Shown here in pieces: positions 38,214 to 50,742 of a stretch of 64,000 nt of DNA (its first letter is position 1; every line of letters starts with the position of its first letter). Source of the stretch: Tubiluchus corallicola (lineage: Eukaryota; Animalia; Priapulida); assembly GCA_030141605.1 (NCBI GenBank), contig JAQGDQ010000001.1, positions 1,054,001 to 1,118,000 of the forward strand, given 5' to 3'. The translations under genes and the position numbers were made by a program. The notes beneath the pieces are model-generated. The model was not told where the DNA came from. It worked only from the letters and a program-made list of their open reading frames with translations, and ran no database searches.

Positions 38214-41200
38214 GTAGTAAGTACTACATGCTTTCTACTAACACACTAACACGGAGTGGTTGCATGATGTTCAAGGAATGCAAGGTTTGAGACATTCATC
38301 GTGCATGTTTGTTTAGCTATTCATGTTCGACTAATATGCCATATCAAAACATTTAACATTTTTATAATTATTTCCGACTCAGTTTAAAAAAAGATAGTAT
38401 GCGTAGTCTTTATAGATACAGTTTGCTAGATCTAGATCTACTTTATAGATATAGTCTTTATAGATATTTTTATAGATCAGAACTAATCCCGTATAAAGTA
38501 AAGCAATACCAGCCCATGTTACATGGACAGGTGAACAATCGGCGATTCTGTGTTAGCAAGTCCTTCCAAGCAAAAATATACGAGCATAAAAGTAACTAGT
38601 TTCCCGAAATTAGTGTTTTAAAGCCTTTTGTGAGCATTATTATTATCATTTCCGTACGTTGAATATTGATGAGGACTTCAATTTGTTCTGGAGTTTAAGA
38701 ACTAATAGTGTTTTATTTGACACAAACTGTACTTTCTGCCTTTCATTGTTGGGCAGCTTACAGAAAACGAATATTGATAAGATAAAATGTTGTTGCAGTT
38801 TCAAGTTCGGTAGCTACAAGTTTGGTGGTGGTGGGTCATTGGACACACTGATTTGTATACGTCGTAACAATGATGGTATGCAAAATAATAAACACGGTAA
38901 ATACGATACGGCTAAACAAGTATTCCATTTACAAGATCATTCAACTATTTCCGACAGACCAAACAACGTAAACAAAACTATAAACTTGCGCGGGCTTCTC
39001 TCAGAGTTTAGGGATTACTTGGTGCTTTAGTTCTCGACAGTTTTAGTTTAGTGGGTAATGAAGAAACGGATAGCCTTAGCTATAACTGTATACTACTCAG
39101 CTAAAGCGTGCACTGCTCCTCACTTTAACATCGGGGAAAGGGCATAATTATAAAAATGTGTTTTGAACGTGAGAACTGGTTTTATGCAGGCCTTATATGA
39201 GACTACAGCCTTGAAAAGCATTATTTTTCGAGCATAACAATAACTGTTGGCAGGTTGAACAAACGGCATTTTAGCTTAAAGTTGTTTAGAATTAACAAAA
39301 AATACTATAAGAATTTGAAGTAAATGAAAGCCCACATATAACTTGCTATTCGTCCCGAATAGTACCCAAGTGTCTATCTGTAAACGTTTTTTTAGTTATA
39401 AGCCTCCAAAGTGTAGGGCCATTTTTTACCTTTTAAAGCCCCGGCACAGCGGGCAAAAACGCAAAATTTTACAAAAATGTCCAAATCGCTGCTAGAATGG
39501 CCTAAAGAATCATTCCAGAAAGTTTGGCAACTGTATGCAGTCAGTCCCATTTCTTCGGCTAACTTGCCGGATTACTATTATGCACAAGCTAATTTAGAAT
39601 GCCATCACCATATTAACATACTTGGGCGTGTGATTTGATTTAAAACTTCCAGTAGGCATATAAAGCTTTAGTTATTGTTACTAAATATTGTAATTTAACC
39701 GAATCTTCGCCCTCCGCTACTTAATCTATTACGCTCTACCAAATACAGTGATATGTTTTTAGATATGTTAAAATGATTTCATGCCACGTTAAATTATCAC
39801 TCATTACATTAATGCAAATTTTCAGCTTTCTGGTTGGTCCGCCTTGTATCTGACTTGAAAATGTCAACTAATGATGACAAGCTCATTTTGACATGCACGC
39901 AAGCAACTTTTGCTAAAGCGGTCGATTGGCCGAAAATGGCCATTTCTTGCTTCTCCTTTTTCGGTTGCCCTGCATCAATCACTATAAATTACATATCTTT
40001 TATTTTTTTGCATGATATTTTACCTTCAATCATCTATTGATGAAAACGCCTGCATGAACTTCGCTTACATGAGATATTATGACAGTTAATAATTCATATT
40101 CACTGTTATCACACCTGGTATAATTAACAATCTGCAGCACCTTATTAATGTTATAAATCTTTGACCATAACTATTGTAACATGCTGTTATGTAAAGCTTA
40201 GTTGATGTTGATACTTTCTCATTTATGTGATTTTATTGGGAATCAATTCAGCCATATGCAGTCTTGCTCAGTCGTGTGGTATTTTATTGATTAATAATTA
40301 ATTTTGCATCATTATTTCACATGTTAGTGCATATCGCTGCTGCAGTATAGCAACGGCTTGCATCTCGTCACGTCGTAATATGAGACAACGGAGAGAAATG
40401 TTTTTAATTATTATACAGCTAATTTTTATCCTGCAGCACAAACTCTTTTATAACGATAATACTCGTGATCAAACTACATGACTGTAACTTTTGTAGCTTT
40501 AATTATTTCCCTTAATACACGTTATATTATAGAGAGATTATTATATTCAGTTCTGCATTAGAAACATAAAAAGCGAAAATTGTTTCCGCTGTGCCCGAGC
40601 TATGAATTCAGTGTATTTTGTCCCAAAATATGCTGTAAAGGCACCAAATGCAGGCCTGCATATTTAATACTACATACATAATGTAGGCCTACGCTTGCTT
40701 ACATAACATGAAATTTGGCCTACATTTCCATACAAAATTTCGCAAGTTTTTGTATAATATTCAGGCTTGTATGTGATTTGATGAAATTTTGTTTTTAGCA
40801 TCAGTAGTAAGCCTGTGTGCAATCGAATTGAGTCCATGCTAATATTAAAAATACCCGAGTTCATAAAGTTAATTAAGTTAGGTACATGCTGTTTTCTATT
40901 CATTTTCTTAATTGATAAAAATTACTCCAGAAAATCAAAAACTCGACCTTTAAGTTAATTGGATGTTTGGGAATCAGTATTTCATCTAGTTTTATTGCAC
41001 TCTCATCAACTTTTCGATCTATTTTATGAGTGATGCAAAATTTTATTCAAGTCGAGTTCTAATGAATTCGATTCGTGTCATTTATATGGAAATTTAATTA
41101 GCAGAGAGTTGCTGTAATATTATAAAAGGCGATTTTTCTGGTGCCGTTTGCCGAATTAAAATAAATTTCCTGCGCAATTAAATATTTTTCATCGATTTTA

Positions 41201-42568
41201 TTTCACAGATGGTATACAATACTAACAGTATCGTTTCTCACGAAATACTCTACGTTATCATTTTTTTGAGTTTACGAGCTTATTTCATAAAAAGGAATGT
41301 AGGTGTTCTTGCTCTTATCTCAAGAAGCAAAGCTTCTATGTAATTACACTCCCCGCCTCCAAATGAAAGCAAAAACCTGTTTAATGAAAGAAAACCGCGA
41401 CAAGTCCCAAGACGAGTTTGAGAAGCCTTGTCCTGCTCTTCTGAAGACTGTCAGTACGTAAAACACAACGAATAGGTTCGGGCAGTCCATAAAATTTTAT
41501 GGGAAACACTTTTTCAAAAAATGAGCTTTTTGATGCCCTGGATCCTGTAATGAATGTAAATATAGCATTGTACATATAACGGTCACAAAAAAGGAAGGAA
41601 AACATCGTAACTTGATTAAAATTTTATGTACGTTTGTCCTTGAGTATTGTTTTACACGGACTAATTTTAGGAAAACAATACACGTTCCATTGTGTGTGAT
41701 AAGTGGAACCACTTGAATGGAATCCATCTTATCTTTTACAGAAATTGTGAAACCTTTTTCAGTTTCGTCAGGCGTAAAATTTTGTAAGCCTGTGTGAGCA
41801 TTAGCGTGTGCAAAATCTTTTTAACTTTCATCCTTTCTTTGTCAAGTAAACCGTTCTCGACTTGAATGACCTTCAAAAGAGGAAAGTCTAAAAGCTATAT
41901 TGTCTATAACTCTTTATTGGGTTTTGTATCTGTAATGGAAACTGACGCAGAACTAAAATAAGAAAGTCTGGGCTGTTGGCATGTAATGTTGTGAAACAAT
42001 GACTTATTACCCATCAGCACAAAAACGATTTACAGGCATTGCTCTATACGAAATCAGTATACTTGTCTCAACGGTCAACAGTACCGCGTGACCAGTCCTA
42101 ACCATTGTCTACGTTAGTAATGTTAATATAAACCTGCACAACATAAGCCTAGTCTATTACTACTATACATGTAAGAAAAACGACTTTACCATTTTGTCCA
42201 AACACAAGTTTAGACTTGAAAGATCATAAACATGAAAATAATTATGGTATTTTTTCTTGACTGAAAGTAAGTAGCTGTAGAATAGCTGCCAAAGATCAAC
42301 CAGAGCAGCTTTTCAGTTTAATACAAATCGCCCTAAACAAGATCAGATTCTACTCAAAATAAAGGGATGCAGCAAATGGAAGAGATATGATTAAATGTCC
42401 AGAGAAATAAAACTCTGCGTCATTTGCAAGTGGTACAAAGTGTCTGTTCGTCTTGAATCGTGAGCTTATTTAATAATCAATGAGATCATGTCTAATGACT
42501 CCATGAGCTAAGTCACTAGCTAAAGTACTGGTTTTTCTACTTAACAGTAATAAATTTTATCACTATAG

Positions 42569-42722
42569 TGACATACAAGATGAAATCGGACTGACAGATG
42601 ACAAGGTGATGATGACAGAAAGGCAGACGGTGAAGTTTGCTGACTACCTGCGCTCAAAGAGCTGGAGGTTTGGAAAATGCAACGAAGATATTGTAGTCGT
42701 GCTTTCTGTGCGAGATTCCCAG
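42569..42722 (+). CDS. TPM/MOLO-1-like protein, exon 3
   Basis: tatag|T GAC...CAG|gtaaat. Encodes ...KFADYLRSKSWRFGKCNEDIVVVLSVRDSQ, the TPM 'FA..L...W.fG.C..d.v...S..Drq' motif. 154 nt, phase 2-0. Confidence 0.88.
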
Positions 42723-43907
42723 GTAAATATAATTAATATCGTGATTACCAACTTCATCATCAAATGACACAGATATTTCGTGTGACAGATGTTTAGTTTC
42801 CGTTAACGCGTATATATGAGAACACGTGTTCGAAGAACTTCAGAATCTATTAAGTTGGAACTTGGAAGCAGCTCTTGGCACTTAATTATATAAATGATTC
42901 AATTTCGCCTGTTTAACCAAAGAATTTCGTTATCAGACAAATGTTCTTGATTTAATTTTCATTTTATCATTCTTATTAGCCTCGTAGTAGCCTTGTAGGA
43001 ATCAATCACCACTGCCAACTCTTTCAACCCACATCATCACTGAAAATAACTAAAATTAATTGTGTGCGAGTTCACACATGTATGGTGTATTACGAGAGAA
43101 TACTTCGTAGTGAAAGAAGAATCAAGAACAGACAGTGACCATTCATTATGGAGAATACTTCATACTGAAAAGCATCTTCAAACTTCTACTTCGAAATTTT
43201 GTACAAACAAGCTCTGCTTTCACACTCTTGGAGACTTCGCTTCAAACTAACGCAGACATCCGAGAAATGAAAAGATGTTTTATGGCAGCTTAAAGGGTAT
43301 ATAAATCTTTTCTTCTCCGGGTATATCTCTAATCATGACGATAAAAGCTCGTATCAAACAGCAAGCAAGAACAGATATTTACATCGTCTACATGTTGAAC
43401 ACGTAATATTGAACCCATAATTATTGTTTGATTGTGTGGTTTTGTAGGTCCGTTTTCTCGGCAAAGTCATAATGGTTAATATAGAATGTAATTCGAATAA
43501 ACTGTGTCTCGAAGATCTCTTCGTTTAATTAGAACACTGTTACATTGTACACAGTAAATATTAGGAGTAGACATTATTTAGTAAACCAAGTAAAAAGTAT
43601 CTAAACAAACATTTAACAGCGCAGTTCCATATTTTATCATCTGATACTATAAACGAACTATAATAACCGAAAGTACCGGTTGGCAATCGAAAACTAAGTT
43701 TATAGAGTTATTTTTACTTTTTTAAAAATTTGGAAAGATTTGGTGTAAACATATGCATAACGACGTAAAGTTAAAAACAATACTCTCTCTCCTCTCTCTG
43801 TCTGTTTAGTATTTTCGTGTTTGTTTGTAAATAGTATCTATAATTTGTGTGTGATTGTGTGTGTTATACTGTACACCTTGAGTGTGAAATAAAAAGTTAA
43901 ATTCAAA

Positions 43908-44021
<114 letters not shown>

Positions 44022-44831
44022 GTGTCTCTTTCTCCATCTCTCTTTCTCTCTCTCCCTGCGTTTTTACATTCAGTAAAAGTGAGTGTATATTTAGGGCTCT
44101 TTTACATTTTGTAGTGAGAGGCTGCAAATGTTGCATTTTTGTTTGGTCTTAACGAGCAGATGTGATCTGCGTCAAGAAAGATTACTCTGGCTAACTATAA
44201 CCTCAGCCTGATATTTCTCTTGTTTTGCGACACATCATTTGGTTGGTGTTTGAATCTATCTTGCCCAAGAGGAGATGCCCTCTAGCTGGCTGCGGCTATA
44301 TTTAGGCTATTACTTTTGATCCATGTATTTAGTATAAAGCACTCCTGCTGCTGTTTGTATTTTAAGCAAAATTGTGTTAATTTTCTTGTATTTTCATTTA
44401 TTTCGACAACTGTCCAAGCATGCCTGCATCAGTATCTGTCGCTTTTCTGCTACGAGAAATTAGATCTTATACCTTTGTTTTATTTAAGAAACCAAAAAAT
44501 CATTTAAACTTGCTACATTTTTTGTGTTCAAGCATAACAAGCTATTCCTTCTGCTCTGCAAACATTCTACTTTAATTGGTAGGAAAGTTTTATAGAAGTA
44601 CAAGTTGTATTCTGTTTGGCCTTGAAACCTCTTAACAAAAGTGCCAGAAATGCTTTGGTTGATATCCCACTCAAGTCTCCTTTGGCGAATGTCATGCGCT
44701 GCAAATATATAATTGGTCAAATATTGCAAAATGTTTCACTGTTTAATTCACGTTTTTGATAATATTTATAAAACAATAGATGTAAGCAATTACTTTCATC
44801 ATTTATAAACAAAATCTTGATTTTGTTTTAG

Positions 44832-45215
44832 TTACATACTTCAGCTGGAGCTCGAGCTCGCAGGCTTCTCAGCAAAGAAAGAATAGATGAGATTTTCGAC
44901 ACGACCAAGATGAAGTTTCGACAAGGCAGGTGGGCGGATGCCTTATTAGTCACCGTAACATCGTACCGGGACGTACTGACCGGCCAGTACCAGAGTCCCC
45001 TGGCTCCTGTAGTGGACATAGATATGGGATTATACATTGGGGCAGTGTCCATAGTAGTTATGATAGGTACAATTATATGTGTGGTCTGCGTGCGTTCCAT
45101 TGGACAGAAATTTAAGCCCAAGCGACGAGGTTTGGAAGCCCAAGGTTCTGGTATGTCAGCCGCTGCTACTCCTGCCATGTCTTGGATGGGATCGGGAGGT
45201 GGAAGTCAGTTGTGA
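44832..45215 (+). CDS. TPM/MOLO-1-like protein, exon 4 (end of TPM domain, TM helix, cytoplasmic tail, stop)
   Basis: ttttag|TTA CAT ACT TCA GCT GGA. Encodes LHTSAGARARRLL...KMKFRQGRWADAL..., a TM helix LYIGAVSIVVMIGTIICVVCV, then a basic stretch and SQL-TGA. The spliced CDS totals 969 nt = 322 aa. Confidence 0.88.
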   Translation, partial: LHTSAGARARRLLSKERIDEIFDTTKMKFRQGRWADALLVTVTSYRDVLTGQYQSPLAPVVDIDMGLYIGAVSIVVMIGTIICVVCVRSIGQKFKPKRRGLEAQGSGMSAAATPAMSWMGSGGGSQL

Positions 45216-46299
45216 CGTCATCACTTTGCTAATTACTTGCGCCTGTGTAGGTTAGTCTTTCAATCCGTGTTAAAATTCGATTCTACATTTACTGTCCATA
45301 AGAAAATAAGAAAAACTCAACGTGACGGTTAAATATTTTACTTGTGGATTGTAGCTGTTGCTAGAAATTTTCTGTGTCCATTTTTCCTGTGGCTAGAAAT
45401 CATACTTTTGTGCTGCACGATTTTTATAGCGAAGCAGTAAGAGTTGATCAGAGTATCCTGGATTATTTGTCATCAGCCTGCAGATTGTCGTCGAATTATT
45501 CTCATTCCAATCAAGATGATCCCGGAGAGACACTAGGCTTGTCCAATGATTAGGTTCAATTGAGTAGTGTCAATGCAGTGAAGGAATAGAGTTAATTTAT
45601 CTACTCTGAAGGACGGGCAACTTACGTAATAAGCAACTTGCGTAATCATGACCATTGCCATATATTTGTATCTATAATTAAGGAAGCTTTCGTTAAAAAT
45701 AACGATTTTGTTTGCTGCTAAGTTCTATAACATTTAATACATGTTCTTTGTGCAATTACTTTGATAGACCCAGTATTGCTAAAACAGCATTATTGTATTT
45801 TTACAAAGCGCTTTAGTAACGTAGCAACGTTTTTTCACTTTGCCATTAATGGCATACTGCAATTTGAAGACATTATTGCTATCTCTATTCACTTTAGCTC
45901 AAGGATCACGTGGCGTGTTATGATAATCAGCAGTTAATTCCAGTTCTAATTATTGATTCCAATTTCCACATTAGCGCAATTAACTCATGCATTATACTTC
46001 TTTGCCATTAATGTCGCATCGTCAGGTTTGTCTACTCAAATTCTAGCTACTCCTAAAATTCAATCAATTTCAATTTCAATAAAATTCAATTTAGTTGCCG
46101 TGCTTTCAACGATAGCAGTGCATTTTGCTCTGCTTTCAACAATAGCAGAATCCTAACTCTGCTGACACTAAAAAACTAATCTAACAAAAGCCTTACTACT
46201 ACTTCATCTCGTTTTCATTTCATCATCATTATCATCATCAGCATCAACATCAGCATCATCATCATCATCATCATCGTCATTGTACTCACCATGCTTATG

Positions 46300-46680
46300 G
46301 TCAACGTAATCATGATTACCATAAGCATCATCAAGCACATGTTTGACAAGTTTCAATTCTTCGTTCATTAAGCTTTTGTGATTTGTCATAATTGTTACTC
46401 TTTCCAAAAATATCACAGTGGGTTATTAGCAGTTCTTTGCGCACCGTGCTCGCTCTTGATTTTTGGCAATTCACAATGGCGACATGATTAGTAAGTGCAG
46501 ACTGGTTTAAAAAATTCGGAAAACTGTGCAACTGCTTCAAAAAATCTCCTTGAAAACGTTTCGTTTAAATTAAAGACAAAAGTTTAATTTCTGCCAGTCT
46601 TTCAACTTCCGATCCATTTTGACTTATAAGGCTTTATTGCTAAAATGTCAACATAGTCTACGTGCAAATTGTATATATTT
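46300..46680 (-). mobile_element. Possible decayed Penelope-like RT remnant
   Basis: Fragments YVDILAI and IFLERVTIMTNHKSLMNEELKLVKHVLDDAYG loosely resemble PLE 'YVDD' and C-terminal 'EL..vk.vL..NGY'. Heavily disrupted. Confidence 0.3.
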
Positions 46681-47771
46681 TGGTACAAAAACAATGACAG
46701 AGTAATGTTGAAAAACCCAGTATGTAAATAACTAACTTGAACGAGATGTTGATTCAGTTGTTGTTTATTAGTAAAATATGTATTCTGTGTTATTAGAATA
46801 TTCTGTACATATATAATATTATATTATCTAAGGGATAAGTAATGTTTTGGTTAAGTTGGTAGGTTGCATGATCTAAATTTTATTGTTTTAAACATAGGCG
46901 AAAAATTTATGGAAATCGCTAGCAGTAGTATAAATTTCTTAAATTTATTCTTGCAAATCTAGCAGGGGTGTTTTGCTAGTAAACCTAATTACGGGATTTG
47001 CCTGTTTTTACTTTGAGTATGCATAACGCATAATCAGCAAATGTGTGTAAATATTACTTATAAAAAGTTATTTTAATACATGTATTTAAAGTTCGGATAC
47101 TTATAAATAAGATTAATTACACCCTTATTTGTAAGCGCAGCATAATATGAATTGCATATGGCTTTTAATTGTGTCAGAATTGTACAGAAAAACAGGTGGT
47201 TGTTCTCCTTGTTGGTGGTATGCGTTTCTTTAGATATAATTTCACCTAGACAGTAATTGTACACAAAAATTTATAAGAGATTTTAACACTGAAATGATAT
47301 ACGTAGCGTATAACTAATATTTTTGCGAATGCAGCGAATTATATGTATGCTTGAGGTAAGTATAATATATATGTCTAGCAATACTTCCATTCACTGTACC
47401 GCCGTTTTGTCTCAAACGTTAAGTTAAACAGAAAGCAATTAGATCAGAACAAACCTTTCTTATTATATTCATTGTAATTATATGATTCCCTAGTCAAAGT
47501 GGTGAGGTGGCGCCACTGCCCACGTAGATCTGAATTGACTTCGCAATCTGACTGCATCGCTACATGTACGGAAATTAATCCGTAGCGCATTTGTTTTAAT
47601 AGTTTTGTATGCGTCTAATATATATATATATATATATATGCCGACATCAGATCGTTTACTTCAGGACTGTTGTAAGGTGAGAAACATTTCCCATTTTTGC
47701 AAGAACTATTATTAAAATCTAAAAATTGGTTGCTTTGACAAAATGCAAAATTTGCGAAATTACTTGGCGGG

Positions 47772-48035
47772 TAAGGTGGCGGCGTTTACCACGTATCCAG
47801 GTAAGGTGGCGTTTACCCCATGTCGGGTAAGGTGGCGTTTACCACATATCCAGAATGCATTTATGCGTTAGCCAAATGCGGAATAGTGTCGTATAAAATA
47901 TCAATAGGAAATAGCTGCAGAAAAATAACTTATATCGCAGGTCTGATAAACGGGTGCATTGAAAACATTATAAACCGATGTTATCTATTCCGCATCCACA
48001 TAACACATTCCGGATGTCTGGTAAACGTCACTTAA
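47772..48035. mobile_element. PIF/Harbinger-type MITE with triplicated left end
   Basis: TIRs 47831-47857 and 48006-48032 (22/27 identity) are flanked by TAA on both sides. Extra left-TIR copies start at 47772 and 47802. Confidence 0.75.
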
Positions 48036-48849
48036 GATGTTACTGTTCGATTCCATAACAACTTCGCTTATACATGTATGTGTTTACAGTACTTCATCAG
48101 TGATTTCTTTTGATCGTTCTGGGCCTTGTTTTAGTTGCCACAATTTTGGTACAGTGATGTATTGTATCGAGGAAACAGTGCACAGTGAGAGCAGCTTTGG
48201 TGTACAAGGTTGATTTTACGTACATAATATTAATTTATATTTTCTGTTATATTGTGCATACTACGTAGGCTTAAAAATAAAAAATGACTAATTCTTGTTA
48301 TATTGCTGTTGTTATTATCAACGTTGTTGTTACTTCTCGTTCAAGACGTTTATTAGCACTTATTTGTCTTTTCAGTTTAGCTGTATGTAATAATATCCTG
48401 CACATCTCATATTTTTGGATTTTCTTAGAGGCCGTGTACTTACGTTATTTAAAGTAGTCTTATATACTGCACACTTGTGCGCTCTTATTGTGTCGATTAC
48501 CAATGAAAATAAAATAATTGATCGTAAAACATCTTTAATCTATTATGGCTAACGGTGTTTTTTTGTTCTATTTTGATCAATTTAAGAAATTTGCAAGAAT
48601 AAAATTAGTTGAAATTATTGTATAACGTATCAAATATACTGCAATATTTAATTTGCAAATTTGACTTATAATTATAGTGTTCTACTTGTACGACATTTAC
48701 AAAATTACTCTCATTTCAGTAATCTAGATTTGCTCTCCCTGCATAACAGCCTATGAAAGGTTCTTTTTACAAAGCTTTCGTATAAAAAAACTAGAATGTG
48801 GGCAAGTAGGTTTATGTTTCAGGCCCTGTAATTTTGTCGGTAATAAAAT

Positions 48850-50742
48850 GCCAAGATTCTAACCACCAGAATCCAGGCAACGGTCAAGCTCAACCCACTC
48901 CAGAGAGCCTTCCAACCAAGAGACGGCTGTTCCGAAAACCTGACTCTCCTAAACACCGTGATTCGGCATGCCCGAGCAAGTCATGGGGAATTAAACATCG
49001 CATTCCTCGACTTAGCAAAGGCGTTCGACACGGTTCCTCACACCTCGATCGTGAGGGCAATGCGAAGGTTCGGCCTTCCAGAGCAGGTTCAGCAAATCAT
49101 TGGGGATATGTATACGGGTGCTGCTACACGGATATCGATACCGGAAGCAAATACCCGCCGTATTAGCATCACGTCAGGTGTTAAGCAGGGATGCCCGCTA
49201 TCACCCCTGCTTTTCAACCTGGTAATCGACGAACTGATCTCGAAAGTCGGTTCTCGATTTGGCTATGGGATCGACGAGCACCAAGTGGCTATAGTTGGTT
49301 TTGCCGACGACCTAGTCCTAATGTCAGGCTCAAAACATGGCATGGGAGTTTTGCTGGAGACAGCCAATGGCTTCTTCACGAAACGAGGCATGGCTTTAAA
49401 CGCCAACAAATGCAAAGCCATGAGACTAGTCAAGGCATACCGGCGAAAGGCTATGAAAGTGCTAATAGAACCCACATGGGAGATCAGCCAGACTCCTATT
49501 CCAATGCTGGGAGTCAGTGACGCATACAAATACCTGGGAATTCCTATGACTGCTAAGGGACGACCCACCATGGACACCAAGTCTCTTAAAGCATGGCTTA
49601 TAAGAGTGGAAGGGGCACCACTCAAACCTCAACAAAAGGTGGATATGATCAGACAATATGTGATTCCGCGTCTGACATACCACTTCCGTATATGTGAGGT
49701 TCATATGAATGGCCTCAAGGGAGCAGACAGGCTTATAAGATCAAGCCTAAAACGTATACTTCATATGGCGACGGATGTCCCGAATGCATTCTTCTACATG
49801 CCAATGAAGAAGGGAGGGCTGGGATTTTCTTGTCTTGAAAAGGATGTTCCTTTGATGAAAGTCAAGATGCTCAGCCGATTGCAGGCCTCACCAGATCCGC
49901 TGGTGAACATGAGTGCATCTGCTCCAGTGTGGAATAGGGAGCTTGCGTGGGCTAAGAGGGTGGCGAGCCTCGAAGCCTACAGTAACGCAAAAGACATAAA
50001 TCGTGCAAAAAGGGATAACGATCGCAAACATCTATCGGCATTCAACGGTAAAGTGCATGGGAAGGGTTTTGCAGCCGTGTCTGCTGACCCACTGAGTACC
50101 CATTACCTACGTAGCAGCACACTCCTGAGCGGGGGTGATTATATCTTGGTTCTCAAGATGATCACCAACTCTCTACCAGTTAGAGTTAACACCACGAGAG
50201 GACAACCCAATGCAATCAGGAGATGTCGCAGGTGCGGGAGACATGCAGAGAGTCAGGTTCACGTACTTCAACAGTGCATAACAGTAAACAATGCCATATC
50301 ACGAAGGCACAATGCACTGTGCGAGGTGCTCGCCGAAGCCTTGAAGGGGCAGGGCTTTACGGTCGTCAGGGAACCTTGGTTCGAGATCAACAGAACAAGG
50401 TACCACCCAGACATCCTGGCGACCAAAGGTGGTCATACGTACGTTATCGATCCGACCATCTCGGCAGCAGGAAACATCTACTCGCTTAGGGCCAGGTGCA
50501 GGGACAAGGCCCTGAAGTACGAACCGATCCTCGATGCCGTCAAACAGCGGTGCGGCTCTGCCACTGCCTCGTCGCACGGCATCTGTGTGGGCTTTCGTGG
50601 GGAATGGGCAGGAGGAGAGAACGACGTTCTCCTGAAGACACTCGGTCTTCTGAACGTCAGAGCCAAACTAGTCCGCTCGGTGATTAGAGGCTCATGTATG
50701 GTGTTTAGAAAGTTCCTGGGAAGGCAAAGGAGGGAGACCTAG
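48850..50742 (+). CDS. R2-like polyprotein fragment: reverse transcriptase, CCHC zinc knuckle, restriction-like endonuclease
   Basis: Open frame from AKILTTRI...QRAF...DGCSENL (upstream of the listed ORF start). Motifs: AFLDLAKAFDTVPH, GVKQGCPLSPLLFN, FADD, YKYLG, R2-diagnostic APLKPQQK..IPRL, GGLG, CRRC..ESQVHVLQQC, RRHN, REP...PDI...VIDPTI...KALKY. Confidence 0.92.
   Translation, partial: AKILTTRIQATVKLNPLQRAFQPRDGCSENLTLLNTVIRHARASHGELNIAFLDLAKAFDTVPHTSIVRAMRRFGLPEQVQQIIGDMYTGAATRISIPEANTRRISITSGVKQGCPLSPLLFNLVIDELISKVGSRFGYGIDEHQVAIVGFADDLVLMSGSKHGMGVLLETANGFFTKRGMALNANKCKAMRLVKAYRRKAMKVLIEPTWEISQTPIPMLGVSDAYKYLGIPMTAKGRPTMDTKSLKAWLIRVEGAPLKPQQKVDMIRQYVIPRLTYHFRICEVHMNGLKGADRLIRSSLKRILHMATDVPNAFFYMPMKKGGLGFSCLEKDVPLMKVKMLSRLQASPDPLVNMSASAPVWNRELAWAKRVASLEAYSNAKDINRAKRDNDRKHLSAFNGKVHGKGFAAVSADPLSTHYLRSSTLLSGGDYILVLKMITNSLPVRVNTTRGQPNAIRRCRRCGRHAESQVHVLQQCITVNNAISRRHNALCEVLAEALKGQGFTVVREPWFEINRTRYHPDILATKGGHTYVIDPTISAAGNIYSLRARCRDKALKYEPILDAVKQRCGSATASSHGICVGFRGEWAGGENDVLLKTLGLLNVRAKLVRSVIRGSCMVFRKFLGRQRRET

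Noticed and set aside
44828-45178. 116-aa minus-strand ORF
   Set aside because: Antisense shadow of TPM-gene exon 4.
47765-47860. Repeat-spacer-like pattern (18-nt repeat x3) suggesting a CRISPR array
   Set aside because: Eukaryotic context, spacers only about 8-12 nt and mutually similar, and the repeat is a MITE TIR with a matching inverted end.
47869-47879. TAGCCAAATGC, identical to the 28S sequence just downstream of the R2 site; also TAAGGTGGC in the MITE TIR
   Set aside because: Only 9-11 nt, about 1 kb from the R2-like element, inside a MITE, with no surrounding rRNA similarity; consistent with chance.
48941-48953. tgactctcctaaa resembling the 28S sequence upstream of the R2 site (TGACTCTCTTAAGG)
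   Set aside because: It lies inside the RT frame (ENLTLLN) and is explained by coding sequence.
48834-50687. Short overlapping or antisense ORFs inside the retrotransposon
   Set aside because: Shadow ORFs of a GC-richer coding region, with no recognisable motifs.
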